Part shown: piece after piece, positions 1 to 12,777 of the stretch
How positions within the stretch are numbered: position 1 is the stretch's first letter
Layout: each line of letters opens with the position of its first letter
NCBI RefSeq assembly: GCF_035594765.1
Contig: NC_085842.1
Location: 306,017,749-306,081,748 of the forward strand
DNA length: 64,000 nucleotides
Direction: 5' to 3'
From: Anolis carolinensis
Lineage: Eukaryota
The notes under the pieces: generated by a model
Seen by the model: only the letters and a program-made list of their open reading frames with translations
Told to the model about the DNA's origin: nothing
The model's database searches: none
Translations under genes and position numbers: made by a program

Positions 1-241
1 TAAAACTTGTGGGTTTTTAAAATTTGTATCAAATAGTAGTATTTTAAAGAGATTAGCCTTTGTAATTTACTTTTTTGTTTACGCTAAAATATATATTTTA
101 ATTATGTTATTCCTTGCAAGCAGGTAACAAATTAATTCTTTTCTGATGTGTATACTGTGACAGTTAAACACCACCTGTCAAACAGGGAAGACAAAAAATA
201 ATTTTGGTTTCAATAAGTTTTGAACTTTGGTTACTAACATA

Positions 242-548
242 CAGTAGAGTCTCACTTATCCAAGCTAAACGGGCCGGCAGAAGCTTGGATAAGCGAATAT
301 CTTGGATAATAAGGCGGGATTAAGGAAAAGCCTATTAAACATCAAATTAGGTTATTATTTTACAAATTAAGCACTAAAACATCATGTTTTACAACAAATT
401 TGACGGAAAAAGCAGTTCAATACGCAGTAATGTTATATTGTAATTACTGTATTTACGAATTTAGCACCAAAATATCACGATATATTGAAAACATTGACTA
501 CAAAAATGGCTTGGATAATCCGAGGCTTGGATAAGTGAGACTCTACTG
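242..548. mobile_element. Tc1/mariner-type non-autonomous element (MITE)
   Basis: TIR CAGTAGAGTCTCACTTATCCAA, TA target duplication; six copies in the window. Confidence 0.9.
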
Positions 549-1683
549 TACCTGGACCGTTACAACATAACTTCCTCTAAAGTTAAAATATTGAATTTTG
601 GGATGGTTTAAGAAGCACATTTCTTTAATTTTAATGTGTGTTTCTTCATATGATTTTGTTTTTTTAAAAAAACCTTCCATCCTTTGTGTACAAATAAAAC
701 CTCTGACTTAAATCCAACAGATAGTTCTAGTTAGAGTAGAAATATCAAATCGATTGTTATTAAAGAGTAAGTCAATACTTATGCTAACCTCACTGATCCA
801 GTGGGCTTACTCTGATTGGAATTAGCAACTGGATTTAGGCCACCTTTTTGGATTATAAGTATTACACAGTAATATCTGCAAATGTTCTCTCCTCAACTAT
901 GGTATGTTTTTGGTCTTTAGGCATTGAATGTATTTTAGTTACTTAAATGTTGCAATTATGATTATTATATGGTTGAATAAGGAGCTTTGGTAAAGATTGC
1001 AGACAAAGGCAGTAAACAAAGAGTTGCAGTAAAGGCACCTTTGTCCGAAGAAAGTTTAAAATAAATTTAAACATGGGCATTGATTATTCTGTTAAGGAAG
1101 AAGGGATTAAAGTCAGATGTTGATATTCAACTAATCCTCTTTGCAACTGGGAAGAGGCATCACAACAAGAGAAAATTATAAGAACATATTGATTAAGGGC
1201 CATGCTTGGTTCCATTATCCAATCAGTTTAGATTTGTAATATCACCGGTTACAGTGTGCACTTTTTATGGCTTTAATTTTCTTTTCTGTAAGAGCAGAAA
1301 GGAGTTTATGCCAAGATAATACTCTGTATTGCATTGATGCCTGCAGGAAATGAATTGTCATGTAAAAGGTAATCGTGAGCCATAGGTCTTAAGTCTTCCG
1401 TTATCCCTAAAGCACAGTGAGGTTGTTTTGCTGTCTTGAAGGAGATTTCAGTTTCTTTCAAATTATGATATTATTTAAAGCTTTGGAAGATTTGGATTCA
1501 AATCATTCAATTCACTCATCTGCTTATTTTTTTCAAGAGTAGAAATGTGTGCTTAGAGAGGGATTAAGACTCCAGTCTTATTCAGGGACTTACTTTTGAG
1601 GAGACAAACATTAGATTGGCTTGTGAGATCTGAAATAATTTGCCAAATCAAATAGAACAATGTGGTTAAATGTATTCCATTCT

Positions 1684-2100
1684 GTTGTCGAAGGCTTTCA
1701 TAGCTGGAATCACCGGGTTGCTGTGAGTTTTCTGGGTTGTATGGCCATGTTCCAGAAGTATTCTCTCCTGAAGCTTCACCCACACCTATGGCAGGCATCC
1801 TAAGGGTTGTGAGGTGTTGGAAACTAGGCAAGTGGGGTATATATATCTGTGGAATGTTCAGGGTGGGAAAAATAACTCTTGTCTGCCTGAGGCAAGTTTG
1901 AATGTTGTTTGTCCAGCTTGATTAGCATTGAGTAGCCTGGCAGCTTCAACGCCTGGCTGTTCCCTGCCTGGGGGAATTCTTTGTTGTTTTAAAATCAGGA
2001 CAGTAAATAAAGAACAACACTCAGAGGACAGGGGAATTCCAGACATGAAACAATCAGGTTAACACCTCCCAACAAAGGATTCCCCCAGGAAAGAAACTGG
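1684..2100. mobile_element. Penelope-like retroelement fragment (family assignment from recall)
   Basis: gtcgaaggctttcatagctggaatcac...tatggccatgttccagaag is shared with the 47851, 48889 and 49644 copies. Confidence 0.6.
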
Positions 2101-2196
2101 ACTTTTCAAATTGACTTAAGGAGACCTACAAATAAAAGATTCAGAAAGCCAAGAGTTGCTGGTGCTGAGAACTGGTTTTTCTTTCTTTCCTTCCAG

Positions 2197-2350
2197 AAAT
2201 TCCATCGGAGAAGCTCTAAAGCTAGTCAGTGGTATTCAGCATGCTGGGTCAGTTGGGGGAGTCTATGAAACAACCCAGCACTTCAATGACATCAAGGATC
2301 ATCTCCATGTCGTAAAGAGGGACATCGAACATCTAGTCCAGAGAAATGTG
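2197..2350 (+). CDS. LMAN1: LMAN1 (ERGIC-53) internal coding exon, third from last
   Basis: ttccAG acceptor at 2195-2196 and GT donor at 2351. Translates NSIGEALKLVSGIQHAGSVGGVYETTQHFNDIKDHLHVVKRDIEHLVQRNV, matching the LMAN1 stalk region. Confidence 0.95.
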
Positions 2351-2508
2351 GTACTGTTTTCTGTGTCTTATGTTCAAGCAGTTTAGTGAGTCCATACGCT
2401 GTCATTCAGGGACCAATTTGCAACCTTGGGAATAGGTGTCAAAACGTGCTGAACAAATGGATTAGAGCTGCGTGATCGCTACTTTTATAGATAGCTATGT
2501 CTCCATAA

Positions 2509-2650
2509 GGAGCCCCGGTGGCGAAGTGTGTTAAAGCATTGAGCTGCTGAACTTGCAGACCGAATGGTCCCAGGTTCAAACCCCGGGAGCGGCAGGAGTG
2601 GCCGCTGTTAGCTCCAGCTTCTGCCAACCTAGCAGTTCGAAAACATGCAG
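2509..2650 (+). mobile_element. Sauria-type SINE, 5' part
   Basis: ggagccccggtggcg head; ctccagcttctgccaacctagcagttcgaaaacatgc core. Confidence 0.85.
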
Positions 2651-4146
2651 TTGAGGACAATTTTTCATTTTACTGCTGAGTGATTTCTGTACAACTGACT
2701 TGGTTCATGATAGCATTGCCAGTTAGCATGTGTGCAGGAAGCAATATCTATAAGAACAGGCTGGAGCATCATAATGTGCTTATAGTTCATGGTTGAGTCA
2801 CTCTTCTAGTCTTGCAAATCACGTCCAGAGAAGGCAGCATTCCACACATTTGTTTCACATAAGATATTGGTTTTTAAGTGTGTTTTTACGATCGTTTGTT
2901 TTACTATATTTTGTATTAGATGTGGCATTAATCTTGCCTTTATGTAAGACCGCTCTGGGTCCCCCTGGGGAAGAAGAGCGTTATATAAATTAAATAAATA
3001 AATGACTTAGAAAAGGAAGGAGAAACTCTCCTAAAATCCAGAAGGGTTGCTGCTCCTTCACCTGAAGCAGGGTTGTTCCAACACAATTTGCTATTGAAGC
3101 AGAAGAGATGAGATTCCTCCCCCCCCCCCTTTCAATGTGCAGAAGCTAAGAGGAATAGGATTTGGATCCTAACTCAATACTGGTGTTCTTTAATTTCATG
3201 TGAGGGCAATAGACTAGTTCAGGAGGACCAAAATAAACCATTTAACATGCGTAAGTGTGTCTTCCCATAAAGGGAAAGAGCTAGGGAGTTGAGTGTAAAC
3301 AGTGAGGACTATCATCCTGTAGTCACCTCACATCTTGTGGAACCCTACATGCTTCCATATTACATGCTCCATGATTCCATTTAAACTGCTGCATCTGCAT
3401 CCCGTAAAATCTTGGGGTTTGTATTTTGTAAGGCACAAAGCTCTCTGGCTGAGAATGCTAAATGTCCCTCTCTAAATTACAAATCTCAGCTGTCCAGATG
3501 CTGGAGCCAAAGCAGTTTACATTATAATGTTATAGTGTCAAAAGTGCCCCTGTTTTGTTGATTTGTTGCAAACGTGTCTCGTTCCCTTCCTCATCCATAC
3601 TGCCAAATAACATCTTGAAGTGCCAGAAACTCTGTGAAAGGCAAAATCTGCAGCCCTGCATTCTCCCTGTGTTAGGCTTGGGCAAACTTCAATCCTCGAG
3701 GTTTTTTAGACCTCTGGCTATTAGGAATTGTGGGAGTTGGTCCAAAACACCTGGAGGGTCGAAGTTTACCCATGCCTGCCCTATGTCATCTCCAAGGCCT
3801 TTTTATGAAACCATCTGTAGGGAAAGGGTTGGAATTGACATGTCTGTGTTCTAGAAGGTAGGCAAATGATGGCTTCAGAACACTGTTTGATTTTGCCTAT
3901 AGGGGGAAAAACATATTCCCTTACATTCTGGCTAGGGATCTTTCAAAACTGGGAGTCAGTGTTGTGTTGTTGTCCAGATTTACCCTTCAAGGGTAAGGCT
4001 CGCTTTCTCCTATATTATTGCATGTATTTCACCATCAGATTAAGTCTTGCATTCTCTTATATGGAAGTACATTATAAATAACTCTAAAAAAATACATACT
4101 GGGTTTATTCCTGCTGAAAAATAATTTCTACCATCTTGTTTTGTAG

Positions 4147-4268
4147 CCATCAAATGAAAAACCCAAATGTCCAGAGCTGCCACAGTTTCCATCTTGTTTA
4201 TCTACGACACACTTTTTTGTATTTGTAGCAGTCCAAACGTTATTGTTCATTGGTTACATCATGTATAG
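4147..4268 (+). CDS. LMAN1: LMAN1 penultimate coding exon (luminal cysteines and transmembrane helix)
   Basis: ttgtAG acceptor and GTAAG donor. Translates PSNEKPKCPELPQFPSCLSTTHFFVFVAVQTLLFIGYIMY(R), in phase with both neighbouring exons. Confidence 0.96.
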
Positions 4269-4808
4269 GTAAGCAGCTATTGTGAATGTTTTTGCAAATC
4301 ACTTCTGAGTTATTCCTTGCCTAGGAAACCCTATGGAATTCATGGAGTCACCATAAAGTCAACCATTAGGGAATTTGAAGATGCATGTACACACACACAC
4401 ACAATAGTGTGGTAGAGTTGAATTGAATTAGTGGCCCACAAGCATGAAACAATGCTCCAGAAGAAGGCATCAGCAAGTGTAGAGAAACTTAAAATAACAT
4501 TACAGCAGATGTAAAAATAATGGGTTTCTTAGTCACTGAAGGAATACCGATTCATCTTATCAATTATTCATTCATTTGCTCAGTTCATCTTTCTATCTTT
4601 CTTTTAAGAAAGGGACTGAATGTGACATACAATCAAATAGAATAAATACAATTAAAACATAGCAGAGATAACAGCATTGTCAATTTAAAAGAGAATTTGA
4701 GAACATTGCTCATCCTTCTGCAACAAGTGAGGTCAGCTGCCAAAGTATACTGACCCAGGAAGCCCCTCCCCCTCCCCTTGGTGAAAATGTCCCCTTGTTC
4801 TCTAGAGC

Positions 4809-5072
4809 ACTGCTGCTTAAACTGAGGGTCTGGACCTCAAAGGGGTCTTAGCATAATGTTAGGGTCCCAAATGTTGGCAACCTCGTGGCTGTTTTAGACA
4901 TTTACATGAATTTGTTGTGCAGTGTTTACATGGTCTCTGCAGAAAATGCTTCAACTGTACTTCATAAAAAAGAAAAACCAGCCTGTTTAGCGAGCCTTGC
5001 AAGTGTTTGTTTGTTATCAGTAAATGTCTTGGGCCAAAAGGGGTCATGAGTGGAAAAGTCTAAGAAGTCCTG
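4809..5072. mobile_element. Degraded hAT-type element
   Basis: Flanked by near-identical 8-mers ctctagag/ctctacag, with weak TIRs. Confidence 0.55.
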
Positions 5073-5354
5073 CTCTACAGCACTTTCTCAACCTTTTTCT
5101 GGCCATGGCCCACTTCTGGCCTTGTTTATTTACTTTTGGTCCTTCTGTCTTACCCAGGACATCCCAAGGGGGGCACAGGTGAAAATCACATATTTACTAA
5201 CAAAACATTTTAATGGCCACCTTTCTAGGTTTTGCTGTGCAGAGCAGCATATAAACAAGTTTAGTTCATTTGCAGCGAGGTTATGAACTTACCCTTATAT
5301 TACCATTGCATTCAGAGAACATGCTTGTTTCCTTGCCATTAAGGTAGGCAGTTA

Positions 5355-5800
5355 GAATCATAGCATTGGGAGAAACCACAGTGGCCATGTAGTCTAACCT
5401 CATTCTGCCATACAGCAATACACAGTCAAAACCCTCCTGACAAATGGCCATCCAGCCTCTGTTTGAAAACCTTCAAAGAAGGAGACTCCATTAAACTCTG
5501 GCAGTGTATTCCATTGTCAAACTCCTCTTACTGTTAAGAAGTGCTTCCTAATATTTAGATATAATCTCTTCCTGATGTTTGAACCCTGATGTCTTAGGCT
5601 CAAGAGGAGCAGCAAACAAGCTTACTTTATCTTCAGCATGACATGGTTATCATGTCACCTCTTAGATTTCTCTTCTCCAGACTAAATATACCCAGCTCCC
5701 TACGCTGCTCTTCATAGGGCTTCAAGGTTTTCAAGCCCTTTCCCATTTGGCGCAACCTTCCTTCTTGAATTGTGGTGCCCAGAATTGGACAAAGTATCCC
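5355..5800 (-). mobile_element. Degraded CR1 3' fragment
   Basis: Similar to 36010-36520 (tagaatcata..., atggccatccagcctctg). Confidence 0.8.
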
Positions 5801-5895
5801 CTCTCTTGGGAGGCGCTCCCTCCCAAAAGAAATACAGCTGGCTGTTTTTAAGAAGGTTTTGCTCAGCTTTCAGTTGAAGATAGGTATTATATATA

Positions 5896-6235
5896 CAGTA
5901 GAGTCTAGCTTATCCAAGCTTCGCTTATCCAATGTTCTGTATTATCCAACGTAGTTTGCCTTTTAGTAGTCAATGTTTTTGTAGTCAATTTTTCAATACA
6001 TTGCGAAATTTTGGTGCTAAATTCATAAATACAGTAATTATTACATAACGTTATCGTGTACTGAACTGCTTTTTCTATCAATTTGTTGTAAAGCATGATG
6101 TTTTGGTGCTCAATTTGTAAAATCATAACATAATGTGATGTTTAATAGGCTTTTCCTTAGTCCCTCCTTATCCAACATTTTCGCTTATCCAATGTTCTGC
6201 CGGCCCGTTTATGTTGGATAAGTGAGACTTTACTG
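5896..6235. mobile_element. Tc1/mariner-type MITE, same family, opposite orientation
   Basis: Same TIRs and TA flanks. Confidence 0.9.
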
Positions 6236-6435
6236 TACTATTTTTTGCTACTGGTTTAACTTAAGTCAGTTTTTTTTTAAAAGCCTGGTTACATTATTTT
6301 TTTTTATTGATGTGGAATGGTACACTTTGTATTTGAAGCCACACTTGAAGGAAGTGCTTTTGAAAGGCCGCTAAGAAACGCATTTAAAATACATTTAATT
6401 TCATTTGACTAATTTATCTCTCTCTGTTTGTGCAG

Positions 6436-6472
6436 ATCTCAGCAAGAAGCAGCAGCGAAGAAGTTCTTTTGA
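6436..6472 (+). CDS. LMAN1: LMAN1 last coding exon (KKFF sorting tail)
   Basis: tgcAG acceptor. Translates (R)SQQEAAAKKFF then TGA at 6470-6472; KKFF is the diagnostic ERGIC-53 C-terminus. Confidence 0.96.
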
Positions 6473-8012
6473 TGACCAGTTTGCATTTCAGTAGGCATAT
6501 GCAGAGCATTATGTGAGCTGCAAATGAGGGAAACTTTAGTGTTGAAAATGCTTCAATATTTTCAAATTCTTGAGTTTTTGCTGCATACGTGGAATCTGGG
6601 ATGAAAAGGCAAAATTAACAATGAGAACTGTGGCAAAAATGGGACAAGTCGTAACTCTGTCCTTGAGTTTCCCAGAGAAGCTGGAATGAAGCCCCTTACT
6701 CTACTGTCCCAATACTTCCATGGAAGAATATCATGAAGAGAACTCACCCACATTACTTTATTATTATTATTATCTGGTTTTGAAAGGTGCGGTGGCCAGG
6801 AAGATTTACTGTCATATACTTGTTTCAGATCTGATTGGCAGGATGGAGATCTTAAAATTTCATTGTTCTTCAGGTTTTATGGAAAGATGTCTCCAAACCT
6901 TGGCAGATGGTGTGGGAAATTTCAAGTTGTTTTAGGCCTGCCTTTCCTCGCTGAAAAATGAGCAGAAACAGCAGTTACCAACAGACATTTGAATGAGAAG
7001 AAATCTCTAGAGCAATAGTTCAGTCCTCAGTGGGGTTTTCTTTCATGAAGGGAAAAATCTACAGGAAATTGTAGTCTTTTCCAGCATGGCTTGATATAGT
7101 TCTTTATACTTTTGACACTGATCATACTTTTCCAAAGGTGTCCTTTAACCTCTCTTCAAGGAAGAGATTTTAGCTTGCATGACTTTAGAATTCACCTTGG
7201 CGAGAATATGAGGGTGGCCTCTTAAAAATCAAAATACCTACTGGACATGTTTTATTGAACCCTTCAGAAAGACACTATCATCTCCAAAGCATTGTGTTCA
7301 ATAACCCAGAAGCATTTCCTAAACACTTCACAGTGTTCCTACAAATTTTCCCTCCACTAATCCTTTCTTATTCTCCCACTGCTAATCCCAGATCAGTATT
7401 GTATTTAAAAAGCCACAAGTATTTTGTCTGCCAGCTTTTTTCATGTAAACATTCTTAGGGAGGTCCTGAAATAGGAAATATTAATGAATCCCAGCCTTAT
7501 CTTTGGCTGGTTACTTGTGCTGCCTTCAAGTTTACATGATCAAAGTATCCCATATCCTTAAATTGGATTCAGATGTGACTGGAACTCCTCTAAATGGGGT
7601 GTTTAGCAAAAGGCAACTGTAGTCTACAGCTTGTCAACTCCTCAAAGCCCCTGTTAATTGGGTCAGTGGTGAGGCATTCTGGGAATTGTGGTCCATCAGT
7701 ATCTGGAGGGTCCGCATTTTGGGAATGACTCTTCTACCGCATTCAGTATTACGTACATTGAAGTCATTGTCCCTGACGACTCTGAGGAAAAGAAGAAATC
7801 TATGCAATGGAGACCTGGTTTTCAAAAACCCTTCCACCAATCCCAGCTATGACATTGGTAGCAGTAGTACATCTGAAGGAAGAACCTGCTGCTTTGCAAA
7901 TAGGGATAGATTAGCAAAGACCAGCAGCAACAACAAAAGGGCAAATAGCTCGTCCAGTTCCACACCAGCAAGATTTTGTTTTTATAAATGCCTTGGAAAA
8001 ATGACTGTAGAA

Positions 8013-8018
8013 AATAAA
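8013..8018 (+). terminator. Candidate LMAN1 poly(A) signal; an alternative AATAAA lies at 8991-8996
   Basis: AATAAA hexamer in repeat-poor sequence downstream of the stop. The site actually used cannot be determined. Confidence 0.3.
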
Positions 8019-10952
8019 AAGCTGTCATTGTAAGAATGATCTGCTGCTCAAGTGATTGTTAATGTTGGATTTTTGGCCTTCGGCTTCCTTGCACCAGCAC
8101 CAAAGAAAATGCCACCTTGACCGTAGAAAGGGATTTTTCGGTGCTTTTAATTTTATAAGAACTGATTCTATTGGTCCCCCACCTTTTGAGGGGAGGGGGA
8201 ATATATTTGGGGAAATGTGAATCCCTGTGTAGATAACATTTTTATTTTATTTTCAATATGCCAATTTTCCCAGATGTGATGCTTTCAATTTGAATATTAA
8301 AATATTGAAGCAACCACCATTGTATCTTGTGTTCCAATCAGCTGAAACCAGGCTTCAAAGTAATTTACAGGCTAGAATTAATGCTACAGCTAGGCTTTGG
8401 TGATGGAATACTACAACATTGCAGCCTTGGCCTTTATTTTTAGTGGAAGAAATTCAAAATAGGCTCCTTTGAAAAAGGTAGCATTCTTCCAAGCAGATGC
8501 ATCTGTCACCTTGTTAGGAAAAATGCAGGGATTTCCTACCTAATCCTTTCCATGTCTGGACACCTACATGGGATAATTGTGACTAAGCCAGTTTAGTCTG
8601 ACTTGAAATAGGTATATTAAGCAAGCGCATTGTCAAATTTAAATATTCACATTTCAAACACTGTCTTGAAGTCCGAGCGCAGGTTGGATTCCCATCAGAT
8701 CATGATTCTAGGAATGCTCTCTTATTCTGCAAAAGACTATTTGGAGCAGCACTTCTAACTAATATGTGTATGCACATCTTTAAATTGCTGCAGATGTTAA
8801 TAATACTTTAATGCCACAAACTCAAAGGATATCAAATGGGATGTATTAAACCATTGTTGCATATGGTAGCGCTGATGGGGATTGCTGAAAGTAAAGAACA
8901 CCTGCAGATGAACTCCACTTGTTATTTTGTGGAAATACTGCTGAAGAGAATTGTATTGTCAACTAAAGTGGTTTCAGAATTAGATATTTTAATAAATACA
9001 TATTTTAGCACCTGGAAAGAGTGGAAAGAGTTGCAAGAGCCTTTATTAGGGTTTCTCACTTATACTTTGCATAATTTTAAAAGCATGTTAAAATACAAAT
9101 CAAGATCCTAAAAGATATAAATGCTTAATCAGTTGAGATGCTATATGTCTCTGACAAGGCATCTCTGATTGATAAGCTGTTCCCTATTTTTTTTTTTAAA
9201 GTAGTACTCTTCTTGAAGAGAATATTCAGTTTCTGCAATATGCACGTAATGAATACTGCCCTCTGACTGTTGATATCTTCTAGCCCTCAACTCTGTATTT
9301 TAAATGCTTACAGCTTGTGTGTCCCTGTGCTTCCTAGCCCATTTTTTTTCTTTTTGGGGAGAATTTACTAGCATTCAATATGTTTGGTACATAAAGCAAA
9401 GTTAAACTATTAGGGAATAATTTTCATCCAAGATGCTATCTTATGTCGAAAGGAAAGTTCACATCTACTGATGGACAAGTGATAAGTGTAGATTACTGAA
9501 CATCCTGTACTATTTTTTTAAAAGGAGTAGGGTGTGCTTTAATTAGAAAGGTACTAAAGGGCATTAAAGGATTAGCCAAGGATGACTCCTCCCATATGTT
9601 CAGTAGCGTTGTGGCGCTGTGCAGAAATCCATTTGCACAGAAATCATTTGAATGGTTATTAAAGCTGTACCAAGAATTGTTAGGCTATTTTCTATTAATA
9701 TCCCACAAACATTATACTAGACCAAAATTTCCTTGTCTTAAAGAAATTATAGGGTATGTAGATAGGCTACAAAAGCCTATTAGTCATGTATTAAATTTCA
9801 CTCAAATCATGCATATCCACCTACATAAAGATTTAGAGTGGTGCTATTGTAAACCTAGAAGTAAAATTGCCTACTTATGTGATCATAGGGCATCTTCCAA
9901 GTGCCCTCCAAACCTAGATGCATTTCTATGATCATTTTTAGTTTGTAAGTCTTTTCAGCCAACTGGTTTGAGTACTGGACTATGACTGTCACTAGTGTTC
10001 GATTCCCCTTTCAGCCATGGAAACCCACTTGGTCACATTGGGCAAGTCACACACTCTCAGCCCCAGGAAATTCCATATGAGGTCACAACAATGCATTTTT
10101 CTCCCAGTGTGTTGCATTTCTGACTTCTCAAACCAGCTGTTTTATCACTTGCCTTTTTGCCATGGTTTTGTTTCCCATTACCAGTTTTTTTCTGAAGCCC
10201 ATGAAGCCTGATCCAGGGATGCTTAGTGAGTGCAAACACCTGCCAGGAAGAGAAAATAAGCTTTTGTAAATTAATAGCATCACCTTGCATCTGCTCTTAA
10301 CCTGGATAAGAGGTACCAGTTTAGAAGGAACCCTGGTGCTTTGGATTATTTTCTTACTGGAAGGGCAAAACTAACAAACCTCTACTGTTCTATACTTTAA
10401 TGCACAACCTTTTGCCTCTGATGCATCTCACTGAACAATTTCTGGGCATGATCTTAGTAATGCTTGCTAAGGTCAGGAGGCTTGTGCTTTTCCCCCCGTC
10501 CCAGCACATCCTGGTCACTGTTTCTGATCTGTTTCTGAATGGAGGGACTTGCCACTATGGACAGTACTTACTGTTTTATACATGGAGGCTGCCCATTCAA
10601 AGCTTAGAATTGTTGTATTGGATGAAAACTTGCCATTAAATTATTATAGAGCCCCGCTTTATCATAACCAGTAGCAGCCAGCTGGCAGTTTCCACGTTTG
10701 TGGAGAAACGAATTCATGCCACATTTTAGCAGCAGCTAGATTGAAAAGAGCTCTCCAAGGTATTAGAATACGGTTCAGCACTTCATAGAACTTCTTTGAA
10801 GCTTGGATTCATACGTCTATTGATAACTGCTGCCATTCACTAGCATTTGCTTAAAGATATCCTGACATAGGAAGGTATATTGACTTCTGCGGTGGCTTGT
10901 TCTGCAGCCAGAAAAAAAATACATACCATTAGGGAAGATCATTAGTTTAAGG

Positions 10953-11102
10953 CAGTGGTTCTCAACCTGTGGGTTCTCAACCTGTGGGTCCCCAGCTATT
11001 TTGGCCTACAACTCCCAGAAATCCCTACCAGTTTACCAGCTGTTGAGATTTCTGGGAGTTGAAGGCTGAAACATCTGGGGACCCACAGGTTGAGAACCAC
11101 TG
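10953..11102. mobile_element. hAT-type MITE
   Basis: TIR CAGTGGTTCTCAACCTGTGGG; 8-bp TSD gtttaagg/gcttaagg. Confidence 0.88.
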
Positions 11103-11629
11103 GCTTAAGGCTTTTTCTTATAATTTGAAATCTACAACAGCAAAAAATAAGCTTGCTCTGCCAATACAGGACAACTCTGTATGTTTTAAGACTCATACAT
11201 TGCATTTGTGCAAACTTATCTATCTCCTTCGATTATTCTTCATAGAAACCTTTTTTTTCCAGCCGCCTCAACATCTGTTGTCCTGTGCTGGATATGCTCT
11301 ACTTTGTTGATAGCCTTCCTAAATTGGGCCAAGATCTGAACATAACCCACCCATGGTGACCTCATACCACTATTTCTCTTCATTTGGGTCCTATAGTTTT
11401 GTTGATGTGCCTATAATTGCATACAACTGTTTAGATGTCACATTGTACAGGTGATCCAGTCTTGTGCATTGGTACCACTGTTTTGTAGGTTTTAGATTTT
11501 TTTACATTGTACATTACAAACTAGTTTAATTTCTTCCTATCAATTTCTTCCTACCAGTTTTCTGCACTGTCCAGGTTTCAAACCTGGACAGAAAAACTGG
11601 AAGTACAATGCCATGGATGATTCAAGGGA

Positions 11630-11913
11630 GATATTGACAATCTGGAATGTGCCCAGAGGAGGGCAATTAAAATGATTAAGGGTCTGGAGAACAAGCCTTA
11701 TGAAGAGCGGCTTAAAGAGCTGGGCATGTTTAGCCTGCAGAAGAGAAGGCTTTCTGCCCAGAGTGTGGTTGAGGCTCCTTCTTTGGAGGCTTTTAAGGAG
11801 AGGCTGGATGGCCATCTGTTGGGGGTGCTTTGAATGCAATTTTCCTACTTCTTGGCAGGGGGTTGGACTGGATGGCCTATGAGGTCTCTTCCAACTCTAT
11901 GATTCTATGATTC
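11630..11913 (+). mobile_element. CR1 3' fragment with an internal deletion
   Basis: Encodes [19 protein letters not shown] and ends in the ctatgattctatgatt tail. Confidence 0.85.
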
Positions 11914-12349
11914 AGATGACAGTATTCCAATGTACATTTGCCATAAATTCTTCAGTGGCCATCTGCAATCCATCTAAGCGCTTGAAAGAGCACATCAGAC
12001 TGAAATCCAGTGCCCTGTGGGATATAACAATGTTAATAGATGAAAAGATTGATTCCTTTTTAATGAAGAATCCTATCATTCCATCTGCTATCTCTTTGCT
12101 TCCTGTCTAGCCAACATGATTTGCTGACCCATTTCACTACATGGATGTAATCAATTGGATCCTACCACTTAACCAGAGCAACATATCCACCAAGTAGACT
12201 CCATTTACTTATTCGTGCCTCTGTGTCTCAAAACAAAGAAAACTAACATTGTCTTAATATCTATCGTGACTCTTTTTTTAAAAAAAATGGAAATTGGCTT
12301 AAGGTATTAATATAAAAAGTAGGTAGCTGCATCTAATGATTTTTTCCTC

Positions 12350-12410
12350 TGAGTAATCTGAACCATCTGCCTCTGGATACTAAGGACTTCACTGCCTTAA
12401 TCCAGATTAT
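12350..12410 (+). promoter_or_regulatory. CPLX4 proximal promoter motifs: K50 homeodomain (CRX/OTX2-type) sites and an E-box
   Basis: TAATCT (~12354), CATCTG (12364-12369) and TAATCC-A-GATTA (12398-12409), about 200-260 bp upstream of the CPLX4 ATG. CPLX4 is a retinal ribbon-synapse gene. Confidence 0.5.
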
Positions 12411-12610
12411 GGCTGACAAACTGTTTTTGGCATACAGTTTTCGCTAGCACGGTGCCCTTCACCAGCTTCTCCAGGACTGTAGGAAATTCCATTTGCCGAC
12501 TAGTTTATTCTTTTCTTTCGTGGTGGTGTTTCCCCCTGTTTATCGGTCGTATTCCAAATTTGTTGTTCAGTGTGCGAGGAGGGCATTTCTGAAGGCAAAA
12601 GAAGAAGAAA

Positions 12611-12777
12611 ATGGCTTTCCTAATGAAAAGCATGCTGAGCAACCAGGTGAAAAATTTGGGACTTGGAGGAGGGGGCGAAGAAAAAACAGAGGATGCCGCT
12701 CCAAGCGACCCGGCTGCAGCAGCCGGAATGACCAGGGAAGAGTATGAGGAGTATCAGAAGCAAGTCATCGAAGAAAA
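12611..12777 (+). CDS. CPLX4: Complexin-4 coding exon 1
   Basis: ATG at 12611. Translates [55 protein letters not shown](K); GTAAGT donor at 12778. Not present in the ORF track in this frame. Confidence 0.96.

Noticed and set aside
7634-8033. Overlapping ORFs downstream of LMAN1
   Set aside because: They lie in the probable 3' UTR, with no recognisable protein features or splice structure.
12493-12747. 84-aa ORF overlapping CPLX4 exon 1
   Set aside because: Wrong frame; the complexin frame starts at 12611.
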